This document shows positions 28,796 through 36,910 of a stretch of 64,000 bases of DNA, one piece after another (the first letter of the stretch is position 1; each line of letters begins with the position of its first letter). Source of the DNA: Gemmatimonadales bacterium (GTDB lineage Bacteria > Gemmatimonadota > Gemmatimonadetes > Gemmatimonadales > GWC2-71-9); assembly GCA_035279865.1 (NCBI GenBank), contig DATEGY010000124.1, positions 136 through 64,135 on the forward strand. The letters are read 5' to 3'. The position numbers and the translations under genes are program-made. The notes under the pieces are model-generated. The model saw only the letters and a program-made list of their open reading frames with translations. It was not told where the DNA came from and made no database searches.

Positions 28796-28858
28796 CCCAT
28801 CTGTGCGTCTGTGCGTCTAGCCTTTCCGCCTGCGCCCTAGTCTTTGCTTTGCCCTGCC
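28796..28858. repeat. right inverted-repeat arm of the four-helix-bundle gene cassette
   Basis: CCCATCTGTGCGTCTGTGCGTCTAG, followed by CCTTTCCGCCTGCGCCCTAG...GCCCTGCC, which is imperfectly complementary to 28272-28306. Confidence 0.7.
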
Positions 28859-28871
28859 TTAAGTTCATCCC

Positions 28872-30725
28872 ATGCTTGACTATGACGTAATCGTCGTCGG
28901 CGGTGGCCACGCCGGCACTGAAGCCTCCGCCCTCTCGGCGCGGTTGGGAGCCAGGACCCTCCTGCTCACCGCCAACCTCGACACGATCGGGATGATGTCC
29001 TGCAACCCCGCGATCGGTGGCATCGCAAAGGGTACCGTCGTCCGCGAAGTCGACGCGCTGGGTGGCATCATGGGCCGCGCCGCCGATCGTGCGACCATCC
29101 AGTTCCGCATGCTGAACCGCTCAAAGGGTCCCGCCGTGTGGGCTCCTCGCGCGCAGTGCGATCGCACTCTGTACCGCCGGGCCGTGCGCTCTCTTCTCGA
29201 GGAGCAGGAGCACCTGGAATTCGCGCAGGGCATGGTCGCTCGCCTGCTCTTCGATCGCGACCAGATCGCCGGTGTCGAGACCACCGATGGCCGGCGCTTT
29301 TCAGCGCGCGCCGTCGTCATCACCGCCGGAACATTCTTGCGCGGGAAGATCCACCTCGGCACCGAGACCCAGATTCCAGCGGGTCGAGCGGGCGATCAAC
29401 CATCGCAAGAAATGGCGCAAGCCATTGAATCACATGGACTTACATCACAACGATTCAAGACGGGGACCCCGCCCCGGATCGATGGTCGAACGGTCGACTG
29501 GTCCAAGCTTCAGCGCCAGGACGGCGAGGACGCGGGGTATCGGTTCTCCTCCTTCGTAAAGGGCGAGCTCCCCCGTCAGGTGCCCTGCTGGATCACCTGG
29601 GCGGGCGAGCCGGTGAAGGAGATCATCAAGAGCCACTTGAAGGAGTCGGCACTCTACGGCGGTGCCATCAGCGGGCGGGGACCCCGGTACTGCCCGTCGG
29701 TCGAAGACAAGATCGTGAAGTTTCCGGACGCCCCCCGGCACCAGATCTTCCTCGAGCCCGAGGGACTGGATACCCACGAGCTATACGTGAATGGGCTCTC
29801 GACCTCCCTGCCGCCAAGCGTCCAGCTCGAATTCCTGCACGCCGTGCCCGGGCTCGAATCAGCGAGGATGACGAGGCCGGGGTACGCCATCGAGTACGAC
29901 TACTATCCCCCTACTCAGCTCACGCCGTGGCTCGAGACGAAACTGGTCGAGCGGCTCTTCTTCGCCGGCCAGATCAACGGCACGACCGGGTACGAGGAGG
30001 CTGCCGGCCAGGGTGCAGTGGCGGGGATCAACGCCGTACGACGGATCAGGGGGCAGGAGCCGGTCATCCTCGGTCGCGACGACGGGTATATCGGCGTCCT
30101 GGTGGACGACCTGGTCACGCGCGGCGTGGACGAGCCCTATCGGCTCTTCACGTCGCGTTCTGAGTTCCGGCTCCTCCTCCGCCAGGACAACGCGCTCCGC
30201 CGCCTCGCACCCGTCGCAGAGCGACTGGGGTTGCTGACGGGCGCCGAGCAACGGGTGGTGGAGACGCGATTCCGGGAAGAGGAAAAAATCCGCGAAGTCG
30301 CGGGGTCGACTTCCCTGTCCCCCGCGGATGCCCCTGTCGAGGTCGGAGGGCTCAAGGGAGCCGAGCGGGTGTCGACCCTGGTGAAGAGGCCGGGCACGTC
30401 GCTTCGGAGCTTGCTCCTGGCAGCGGGAGTAACAGACGATTGGACCGAAGACGCCCTCGTTGCCGCGGAGATCGAGCTCAAGTACGAGGGCTACCTCGCC
30501 CGCGAGAAGGACGCCGCGGCTCGGCTCGCGGAAATGACGGACTTCGCACTGCCGGTGGATCTCCCGTACCCTGAGTTGAACAGCCTCTCGACGGAGGCGC
30601 GACAGAAGCTCGCGGCCGTACGTCCGCAGTCGCTCGCGCAGGCCGGCAGAATCCCCGGTGTCTCCCCTTCCGACCTTCACAACCTCGTAGTCGAAACGAC
30701 TCGCTGGCGCCGACGAGTCGCGTAA
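28872..30725 (+). CDS. mnmG: tRNA uridine-5-carboxymethylaminomethyl(34) synthesis enzyme MnmG (GidA)
   Basis: YDVIVVGGGHAGTEA FAD motif and full-length MnmG similarity (FFAGQINGTTGYEEAAGQG). Confidence 0.95.
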   Translation: MLDYDVIVVGGGHAGTEASALSARLGARTLLLTANLDTIGMMSCNPAIGGIAKGTVVREVDALGGIMGRAADRATIQFRMLNRSKGPAVWAPRAQCDRTLYRRAVRSLLEEQEHLEFAQGMVARLLFDRDQIAGVETTDGRRFSARAVVITAGTFLRGKIHLGTETQIPAGRAGDQPSQEMAQAIESHGLTSQRFKTGTPPRIDGRTVDWSKLQRQDGEDAGYRFSSFVKGELPRQVPCWITWAGEPVKEIIKSHLKESALYGGAISGRGPRYCPSVEDKIVKFPDAPRHQIFLEPEGLDTHELYVNGLSTSLPPSVQLEFLHAVPGLESARMTRPGYAIEYDYYPPTQLTPWLETKLVERLFFAGQINGTTGYEEAAGQGAVAGINAVRRIRGQEPVILGRDDGYIGVLVDDLVTRGVDEPYRLFTSRSEFRLLLRQDNALRRLAPVAERLGLLTGAEQRVVETRFREEEKIREVAGSTSLSPADAPVEVGGLKGAERVSTLVKRPGTSLRSLLLAAGVTDDWTEDALVAAEIELKYEGYLAREKDAAARLAEMTDFALPVDLPYPELNSLSTEARQKLAAVRPQSLAQAGRIPGVSPSDLHNLVVETTRWRRRVA

Positions 30726-30760
30726 GTCGCTCAAACCAGCGCTACGGGAAAGTATCGGTG

Positions 30761-30776
30761 TGTTTCACGTGAAACT
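30761..30776. promoter_or_regulatory. parS centromere-like site 1
   Basis: TGTTTCACGTGAAACT matches the canonical parS tGTTTCACGTGAAACa. The core GTTTCACGTGAAAC is a perfect palindrome. Confidence 0.85.
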
Positions 30777-30783
30777 TGGAGGC

Positions 30784-30799
30784 CGTTTCACGTGAAACT
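30784..30799. promoter_or_regulatory. parS centromere-like site 2
   Basis: CGTTTCACGTGAAACT has an identical 14-bp core. It lies 23 bp centre-to-centre from site 1. Confidence 0.85.
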
Positions 30800-30890
30800 G
30801 CCCTTTCCGGGCATCATTCTGCGCACTATATTCGATGATGCCGAAATCTAATAATTACATAAACTATTGTGATATATAGAGTTACATGAA

Positions 30891-31706
30891 ATGACCAGAA
30901 TCATAGCCATCGCAAACCAGAAGGGCGGCGTCGGAAAAACCACGACTGCCGTCAATCTCGCGGCCTCTCTCGCCACCGCGGAAAGAAAAACACTGCTCAT
31001 CGATTCCGACCCTCAAGGCAACGCGACCAGTGGCGTCGGCATTGAACGCGATCGCATCACCCACTCGCTGTACGACGTGCTTCTCGACGGTCATCCTCTG
31101 AACGACGCGAAGTTCTCGGCCGTCCACTTCCCCTATCTCGATGTCATCGCTGCCGCCCAGGATCTCGTGGGTGCGGAAGTCGAGCTGGTCGGGAAATCCG
31201 GTCGCGAACAGATGCTCAGGAAGGCGCTCGCAGAGGTCCGCGACCAATACCAGTACGTCATCATCGACTGTCCGCCGTCCCTCGGCCTCCTTACGCTCAA
31301 CGTCCTGGCGGCCGCGGACTCGGTCATCATCCCGATCCAGTGCGAGTACTACGCCCTCGAGGGCCTGTCCCAGCTCCTCAACACCATCAAGCTGGTCCAG
31401 CAGAACTTCAATTCCGCGCTGGCGATCGACGGCGTCCTGTTGACCATGTACGACGCCCGTCTGAACCTCTGCAAGCAGGTCGCCGAAGAGGCGAAGGAGT
31501 ACTTCGGCGCGCGGATGTTCGCGGTCACCGTGCCGCGGAACGTCCGGTTGGCCGAGGCACCGTCGTTCGGCAAACCCATCGTCTTGTATGACGTGCAGTC
31601 GATCGGCGCCCGCAGCTATCTCGCCGTCGCGCAGGAATTGATCCGCCGGGTCGAGAAATCCGGAGCCCCGGCAAACGCCCAATCGCTCCCGGAGGTGCCC
31701 GCATGA
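30891..31706 (+). CDS. parA: chromosome partitioning ATPase ParA/Soj
   Basis: IAIANQKGGVGKTTTAVNLA deviant Walker A and full-length Soj similarity. Confidence 0.93.
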   Translation: MTRIIAIANQKGGVGKTTTAVNLAASLATAERKTLLIDSDPQGNATSGVGIERDRITHSLYDVLLDGHPLNDAKFSAVHFPYLDVIAAAQDLVGAEVELVGKSGREQMLRKALAEVRDQYQYVIIDCPPSLGLLTLNVLAAADSVIIPIQCEYYALEGLSQLLNTIKLVQQNFNSALAIDGVLLTMYDARLNLCKQVAEEAKEYFGARMFAVTVPRNVRLAEAPSFGKPIVLYDVQSIGARSYLAVAQELIRRVEKSGAPANAQSLPEVPA

Positions 31707-32596
31707 CGGAAACCACTGCGAAAGGCCGTCGCCTGGGTCGTGGACTCGAGGCCCTCCTCGGCCCCACACGCGAAGAGGCCGAGCGCGAGGGCAGTCTCAG
31801 CGAGCTCCTGGTGGCGGACATCAAGCCCAATCCGTTCCAGCCCCGCCGGGACGTCGACCCCGCCGCCCTCGAGGAGCTGAAGTCCTCCATCAAGCAGGTA
31901 GGTCTGATGCAGCCGGTGGTGGTGCGCACGGCCCCCAACGGCGCCGGCGGATTCGAGCTCATCGCCGGAGAGCGCCGCCTCCGCGCCTGCCAGGCCCTGG
32001 GCTGGGAAAAGATCCCCGCGGTCACACGGGACGTGGATGACCGCACGGTCCTGACGCTCGCCCTGATCGAGAATCTGCAGCGAGACGACCTCTCGCCGGT
32101 GGATGAAGCCCGCGGGTACGAACGCCTCATTGCCGAGTTTTTCCTCACTCAGCAGGACGTCGCCGAAGCCGTGGGCCGCGACCGCTCGACCGTCGCCAAC
32201 GCACTCCGACTCCTCAAGCTGCCCGACGCCGTGCTCGCGATGCTCCATGAGGGGCACCTCACGGTCGGTCACGCACGCGCACTGCTCGGTCTCGATGACC
32301 CGCGGGTAGTCGCGAATCTCGCGCGCGAAGCCGTGGCGCAGGGACTCTCGGTTCGCGAAGTAGAGGACCGGGTGCGCGGCGGCCGGATGCCCGAGCGCCG
32401 TCCCCGTCTGAAAAAAGGTGTGGGTCCTGCCCCGGAGGTCCGGCGTGTGGAAGACGCGCTCCGCCGTCACCTGGGCACCGACGTGCGCGTGTCACTCCGG
32501 GCGAAAGGGAAGGGGCAGCTGCACGTCGCCTTCTACTCGAACGAAGATCTCGCCCGCCTGCTCGAGCTCATCCTCGGCGCCCCCTTCGACGGATGA
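31703..32596 (+). CDS. parB: chromosome partitioning protein ParB/Spo0J
   Basis: NPFQPRR, ELIAGERRLRA and IENLQRDDLSP ParB-box motifs, plus the HTH QQDVAEAVGRDRSTVAN. ATGA overlap with parA. Confidence 0.93.
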   Translation: MTETTAKGRRLGRGLEALLGPTREEAEREGSLSELLVADIKPNPFQPRRDVDPAALEELKSSIKQVGLMQPVVVRTAPNGAGGFELIAGERRLRACQALGWEKIPAVTRDVDDRTVLTLALIENLQRDDLSPVDEARGYERLIAEFFLTQQDVAEAVGRDRSTVANALRLLKLPDAVLAMLHEGHLTVGHARALLGLDDPRVVANLAREAVAQGLSVREVEDRVRGGRMPERRPRLKKGVGPAPEVRRVEDALRRHLGTDVRVSLRAKGKGQLHVAFYSNEDLARLLELILGAPFDG

Positions 32597-33423
32597 CGCG
32601 CGGGAAACAACGGGGCGTGACCATCGTCGTCCAGGTGGACGGCGATCTCAACACCCGCCAGTTCCGGCTGCCCCTCTGGGCATTCACGGCAGGGAAGTGG
32701 GGGGCGGTCCTGGTGGTCGTCCTCGTCGCCCTCTTCTTCGCGTTCGCCGGACCCATCACCCGCTCCGCCGCGCGGGTGCCGGGACTCGAACGCGAGATCA
32801 CCCGCCTGAAGACGGAGAACTCCCGCGTGCAGGAGCTGGCGTCCGCCTTGAATCACGCCGAGGCGAGCTACCAGGAGCTGCGCCGGATGATGGGCATGCG
32901 CGCGGCGGAGAACGCGAAGCCGGGAACGCCGGCGGCCGCGGCGGCAGCCGCCGCGGCGAGCCAGGACCTGATGCAGGCCCCCGACGTCGTGGCGCGTGTC
33001 CCCGGATCGAGCCCCGTGTACGAGTCGGGGCCCTCGGCGCCCTCCCACTGGCCGGTGGATGTCACGGGGTACGTGACGCGGGGGCAGGTGCGGCCCGGTG
33101 ACCAGTCCGAGACCCACCCCGGGATCGACATTGCCGTGGCCGTGGGAACCCAGATTCGGGCCTCCGGCGGCGGGACCGTGATCACGGTCGGGACGGATTC
33201 CGCCTATGGATTGTTCGTACTCTTGCGGCATCCCGGCGGGTATGAGAGCATGTATGGGCACGCCTCGCGGCTCCTGGTCCGCGAGAACGACGAAGTGATG
33301 GCGGGGCAGGTGATCGCACTCTCGGGAAGTACCGGGCGGTCCACGGCACCGCATCTGCATTTCGAAATCCGACGCGGGGGCAGGTCACTCGACCCGCTTA
33401 CACTGGTGAAGGAGGGGAATTGA
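32593..33423 (+). CDS. M23 (LytM-type) peptidase with N-terminal membrane anchor and coiled coil
   Basis: HPGIDIAVAVGT and STGRSTAPHLHFEIR metal-ligand motifs. ATGA overlap with parB. Confidence 0.85.
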   Translation: MTRGKQRGVTIVVQVDGDLNTRQFRLPLWAFTAGKWGAVLVVVLVALFFAFAGPITRSAARVPGLEREITRLKTENSRVQELASALNHAEASYQELRRMMGMRAAENAKPGTPAAAAAAAAASQDLMQAPDVVARVPGSSPVYESGPSAPSHWPVDVTGYVTRGQVRPGDQSETHPGIDIAVAVGTQIRASGGGTVITVGTDSAYGLFVLLRHPGGYESMYGHASRLLVRENDEVMAGQVIALSGSTGRSTAPHLHFEIRRGGRSLDPLTLVKEGN

Positions 33424-33424
33424 C

Positions 33425-33817
33425 ATGGCGGTCTTCACCGAGAAAACGCGCGGGGGAAGTGACGGAGACTCAGCACTCTCCATCATCGGGAGTGGCATGC
33501 GCGTGGTAGGCGACATCACGGCGGACGGCGTCGTGAAAGTCGAAGGCACCATCGTCGGGACGGTTCATGCCGGCCGCCAGGTGCTGGTGGCCAAGGGCGG
33601 ACTGGTAGAAGGGGACGTCTTCGCCCGCGAAGCGATCGTCGGCGGGGAGGTGCGGGGCAGCATCGAGGCCACCGAGCGGGTCGAGCTGCAAACCACCAGT
33701 GTGGTCCACGGAGACATCGCCACCAAGCGGCTGCTGGTGCAGGAAGGTGGCGAGGTGAACGGCGTGATCCGGATGGGAGAAGGGGCGCCATCGGAGCCCG
33801 CGGCGGCCTCTTTCTAG
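33425..33817 (+). CDS. bactofilin (DUF583 polymer-forming cytoskeletal protein)
   Basis: Repetitive beta-helix pattern (VVGDITADGVVKVEGTIVGTVHA...VEGDVFAREAIVGGEVRGSIEA...VHGDI) with a Pro/Ala C-terminal tail. It starts 2 nt after the M23 stop. Confidence 0.85.
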   Translation: MAVFTEKTRGGSDGDSALSIIGSGMRVVGDITADGVVKVEGTIVGTVHAGRQVLVAKGGLVEGDVFAREAIVGGEVRGSIEATERVELQTTSVVHGDIATKRLLVQEGGEVNGVIRMGEGAPSEPAAASF

Positions 33818-33984
33818 GTCACGAATATCCACAAGCGCACCTAACGCGAATTGTGGATTTCCTAAATCAAATCAGCATATAGCGTTACGTTAGCGCTAAT
33901 GTGGGAATCTCCGATCGAGAGTCAGGGTTCGCTGGTGCTACTGGTGTCGTAATGATGTTGTATTACTGATGGCTCAGAGGACCG

Positions 33985-34737
33985 ATGCGACTCACGGACG
34001 TCACCCAGTACCTCGACCAATACCTCTCGACGGCCGCGATCGGGGATTACCCGAACGCGCTGAATGGCCTCCAGGTCGCCAATCGGAGCGACGTCAAGAA
34101 AATCGCCGCGGCCGTCGACGTCTGCGCCGCCACCATCCGCATGGCGACCGAAGCTCACGCACAACTCCTGCTCGTGCACCATGGCCTATTCTGGTCGGGG
34201 CCCCGTCCACTGGTCGGCACTCAGTACGACCGCGTCGCCGGTCTCCTGGCCGGGGATATCGCGCTCTACAGCTCACATCTTCCCCTCGACCTCCACGCCG
34301 ACGTCGGTAACAACCCCGTACTCGCCCGCCGGCTCGGTATTGCGGTGAAGGGCGGGTTCGGAGAGCTGTACGGCTCGACCATCGGCGTGTGGGGAGAAAC
34401 GGAGGGCACGCGCGAGGACTTCGTCTCCCGGGTCGGCAACCTCCTCGGCGTGACCCCCAAGTCTCTGCCGTTCGGGCCTCCCCGCGTGAAGCGCGTCGGC
34501 ATCGTCACCGGCGCCGCCGGATCCCTCATTGGTCAAGCCGCCGCCCAGGGACTCGACACCTTCCTCACGGGCGAGGGCGTGCACCACTCCTTCTTTGACG
34601 CCGAAGAGCTCAAACTCAACGTGATCTATGCCGGGCACTACGCGACCGAAACTGTGGGCGTCCGGGCCCTCGCTGATCACCTCGCGTCCAAGTTCGGTCT
34701 GACCGCCGTCTTTCTCGACCACCCGACGGGCCTGTGA
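33985..34737 (+). CDS. Nif3-like dinuclear metal centre protein (GTP cyclohydrolase 1 type 2 family)
   Basis: DYPNALNGLQV, LLLVHHGLFW and YAGHYATE are typical of the NIF3 family. Confidence 0.85.
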   Translation: MRLTDVTQYLDQYLSTAAIGDYPNALNGLQVANRSDVKKIAAAVDVCAATIRMATEAHAQLLLVHHGLFWSGPRPLVGTQYDRVAGLLAGDIALYSSHLPLDLHADVGNNPVLARRLGIAVKGGFGELYGSTIGVWGETEGTREDFVSRVGNLLGVTPKSLPFGPPRVKRVGIVTGAAGSLIGQAAAQGLDTFLTGEGVHHSFFDAEELKLNVIYAGHYATETVGVRALADHLASKFGLTAVFLDHPTGL

Positions 34738-35930
34738 CGCCGCGACGGGTCTTGGGCCTCCTGTGCCTCGCCGAGTTGTGCGCGATGGCGCCCTGGTTCA
34801 GCGCCTCCGCGGTATCGGGGACCCTGACGCATCTCTGGTCCCTCTCCTCCAGCGGATCAGCGTGGCTGACGGTGAGCGTACAGCTCGGGTTCGTCACGGG
34901 CGCGTTCATCTCGAGCGCCCTGGCCCTCTCCGACCTCTGGTCCGCGCGCCGGCTCTTTGCCTGGAGTGCAGCCGCGGCCGCGATTGCCACCGCCCTGATC
35001 ACCGCGGCGCCGAACGCTGCCACTGCCTTCGTCCTGCGCTTCGTCACGGGCGCGACATTGGCCGGCGCGTACCCGCCGGGTATGAAGCTGGCGGCCGGGT
35101 GGTACAAGGAGGGGCGAGGCATGGCGATCGGCGTGATGGTGGGAGCACTCACGCTGGGATCGGCTGTTCCGTTTCTCGTCCGGTGGGCCATCCCTGCGGA
35201 CGCCTGGAAGCTCGTGTTGTTGATCGCGTCGGCCAGCGCGCTCATCGGCGCCTTGCTGATTCTCCGGGTTCCGAATGACGGACCCTACGCCGCGCCCTCT
35301 CCGCGGTTTTCCTGGAGCGCGGTGCCGCGCATTCTCGAGCGCCCTGCGATCCGACTCGCGACGCTCGGATACCTGGGGCACATGTGGGAGATCTACGCGA
35401 TGTGGGCCTCGGTGGCGGCGTTCATCGGCGCGAGCCAAACCGCGCGCGGCGGTTCGGCGGCCCTCGCTCCCCTCGTCACGTTCGTCGTGGTCGGCATCGG
35501 AGCACCCGGGTGCTGGCTCGGCGGCGTCCTGGCGGACCGGTGGGGCCGGGTGCGGACGACGTCGCTGGCGATGCTCATCTCCGGACTCTGCTCGCTCTTC
35601 GTGGGCGTCGTCTTCGGGGCGTCCCTGTGGCTGCTCGTGCCGGTGCTCCTGGTGTGGGGCGTCTCGGTCGTTGCCGACTCCGCCCAGTTCTCGACGGCCG
35701 TCAGTGAGCTCGCGCCACCCGAATACGTCGGCACGGCCCTCACGCTCCAGACCTCACTCGGATTCCTCTTGACGTGCGTGACGATTTTGTTCCTGCCCAT
35801 GCTCGCGACGGAGATCGGGTGGCGCTGGTCCATGGCCGCGCTCTCCATCGGCCCGGCAGCGGGCATCTGGGCGATGCAGGCGCTGGGCCGGCACCCCGAG
35901 GCGCGCCAGCTCGCGGGAGGTCTCGGCTGA
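34734..35930 (+). CDS. MFS transporter
   Basis: About 12 hydrophobic helices. GTGA overlap with the nif3-like gene. Confidence 0.75.
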   Translation: MTPRRVLGLLCLAELCAMAPWFSASAVSGTLTHLWSLSSSGSAWLTVSVQLGFVTGAFISSALALSDLWSARRLFAWSAAAAAIATALITAAPNAATAFVLRFVTGATLAGAYPPGMKLAAGWYKEGRGMAIGVMVGALTLGSAVPFLVRWAIPADAWKLVLLIASASALIGALLILRVPNDGPYAAPSPRFSWSAVPRILERPAIRLATLGYLGHMWEIYAMWASVAAFIGASQTARGGSAALAPLVTFVVVGIGAPGCWLGGVLADRWGRVRTTSLAMLISGLCSLFVGVVFGASLWLLVPVLLVWGVSVVADSAQFSTAVSELAPPEYVGTALTLQTSLGFLLTCVTILFLPMLATEIGWRWSMAALSIGPAAGIWAMQALGRHPEARQLAGGLG

Positions 35931-36910
35931 CTCCGTCACATCACGACCCTGAGGGCGGCTTTCGAAACCCCGACATCCCCCCACTCAGCTTCCGCATCGG
36001 CGCACTGCTCAAGTGGCGATTGATCGACCGCCCCGAGCGCCGGCCCCCCGCGGGTCCCATTCCCCGGGCCGCCCCTTCGTTTCAGGTGCCTCGGGGTGCT
36101 CCAGGGTCGTGGTCGGTGACCTGGGTGGGTCACTCCTCTTTCCTGATTCAGCTCGGCGCGACCAACATCCTGACCGACCCCGTCTGGAGTGAACGGGCCT
36201 CCCCGGTGCAGTGGGCGGGGCCGAAACGCCTGTCAGCCCCTGGCTTTCCCATCACCCAGCTCCCGCCGATCGATCTGGTGATTCAGTCCCACAATCACTA
36301 CGACCACTTGGACGACGGCACGGTTCGGCGTCTGGTGCAGGCGCACCCGGACGCGCGCTGGGTGGCACCCCTCGGCGTCGCTTCCTTCCTCAGGGACCGG
36401 GGCGCCGGCGAAGTGACGGAGCATGACTGGTGGGACGAATTGGAGGCCGGGACCATTCAGCTCGCGTGCGCGCCCGCCCAGCACTTCTCCGGGCGAGGAT
36501 TCCGGGACCGGAACCAGTCACTTTGGTGCGGCTGGGCGCTGCGGCAGGGGCCGACGCGGATCTATTTCTGTGGCGATACCGGATATCACGCGGGGTTCGA
36601 AGAAATCGGCCGGCGGCTCGGGCCGTTCGATGTGGCGCTGATGCCGGTCGGCGCATACGACCCGCGGTGGTTCATGAAACCCGTGCACATGGACCCCGAG
36701 GAGTCGGTCACCGCGTTCCGGGATCTGCACCGGCCGCACGGCTCGGAGCGCCGGGGAGTCTTCGTGCCGATGCATTGGGGCACGTTCCGGCTCACGGACG
36801 AACCCGTGGACGAGCCTCCCGTTCGGGCGGCCGCCTGCTGGCGGACGGCGGGATTGCCGGAGCAAAACTTCCGGCTGCTGGCGCTGGGAGAGACCCGCGG
36901 GGGCGACTAG
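35774..36910 (+). CDS. MBL-fold metallo-hydrolase (NAPE-PLD-like); true start unresolved
   Basis: HHDPEGGFRNP near the N-terminus, VTWVGHSSFL, and QSHNHYDHLD (HxHxDH). The recognisable domain begins about 35930. The track GTG 35774 would overlap the MFS gene by 157 nt, and no ATG/GTG/TTG lies just upstream of the domain. Confidence 0.75.
   Translation: MRDDFVPAHARDGDRVALVHGRALHRPGSGHLGDAGAGPAPRGAPARGRSRLTPSHHDPEGGFRNPDIPPLSFRIGALLKWRLIDRPERRPPAGPIPRAAPSFQVPRGAPGSWSVTWVGHSSFLIQLGATNILTDPVWSERASPVQWAGPKRLSAPGFPITQLPPIDLVIQSHNHYDHLDDGTVRRLVQAHPDARWVAPLGVASFLRDRGAGEVTEHDWWDELEAGTIQLACAPAQHFSGRGFRDRNQSLWCGWALRQGPTRIYFCGDTGYHAGFEEIGRRLGPFDVALMPVGAYDPRWFMKPVHMDPEESVTAFRDLHRPHGSERRGVFVPMHWGTFRLTDEPVDEPPVRAAACWRTAGLPEQNFRLLALGETRGGD

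Noticed and set aside
28272-28858. Possibility that the Avd-like four-helix-bundle gene marks a diversity-generating retroelement.
   Set aside because: No reverse transcriptase ORF and no template/variable repeat pair is visible anywhere in the window. The only repeats at the locus are the terminal inverted repeats.
28372-28890. 172-codon ORF running through the four-helix-bundle gene in another frame and into mnmG.
   Set aside because: It crosses the right inverted repeat and the mnmG start, and its composition is poor. The 28409 frame carries the family hallmark.
30726-33984. Calling this region the replication origin (oriC).
   Set aside because: parS sites, an AT-rich tract and two DnaA-box-like 9-mers are suggestive only. 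There is no dnaA/dnaN here, no cluster of three or more good DnaA boxes, and I cannot compute GC skew. It is reported only as an origin-proximal hint.
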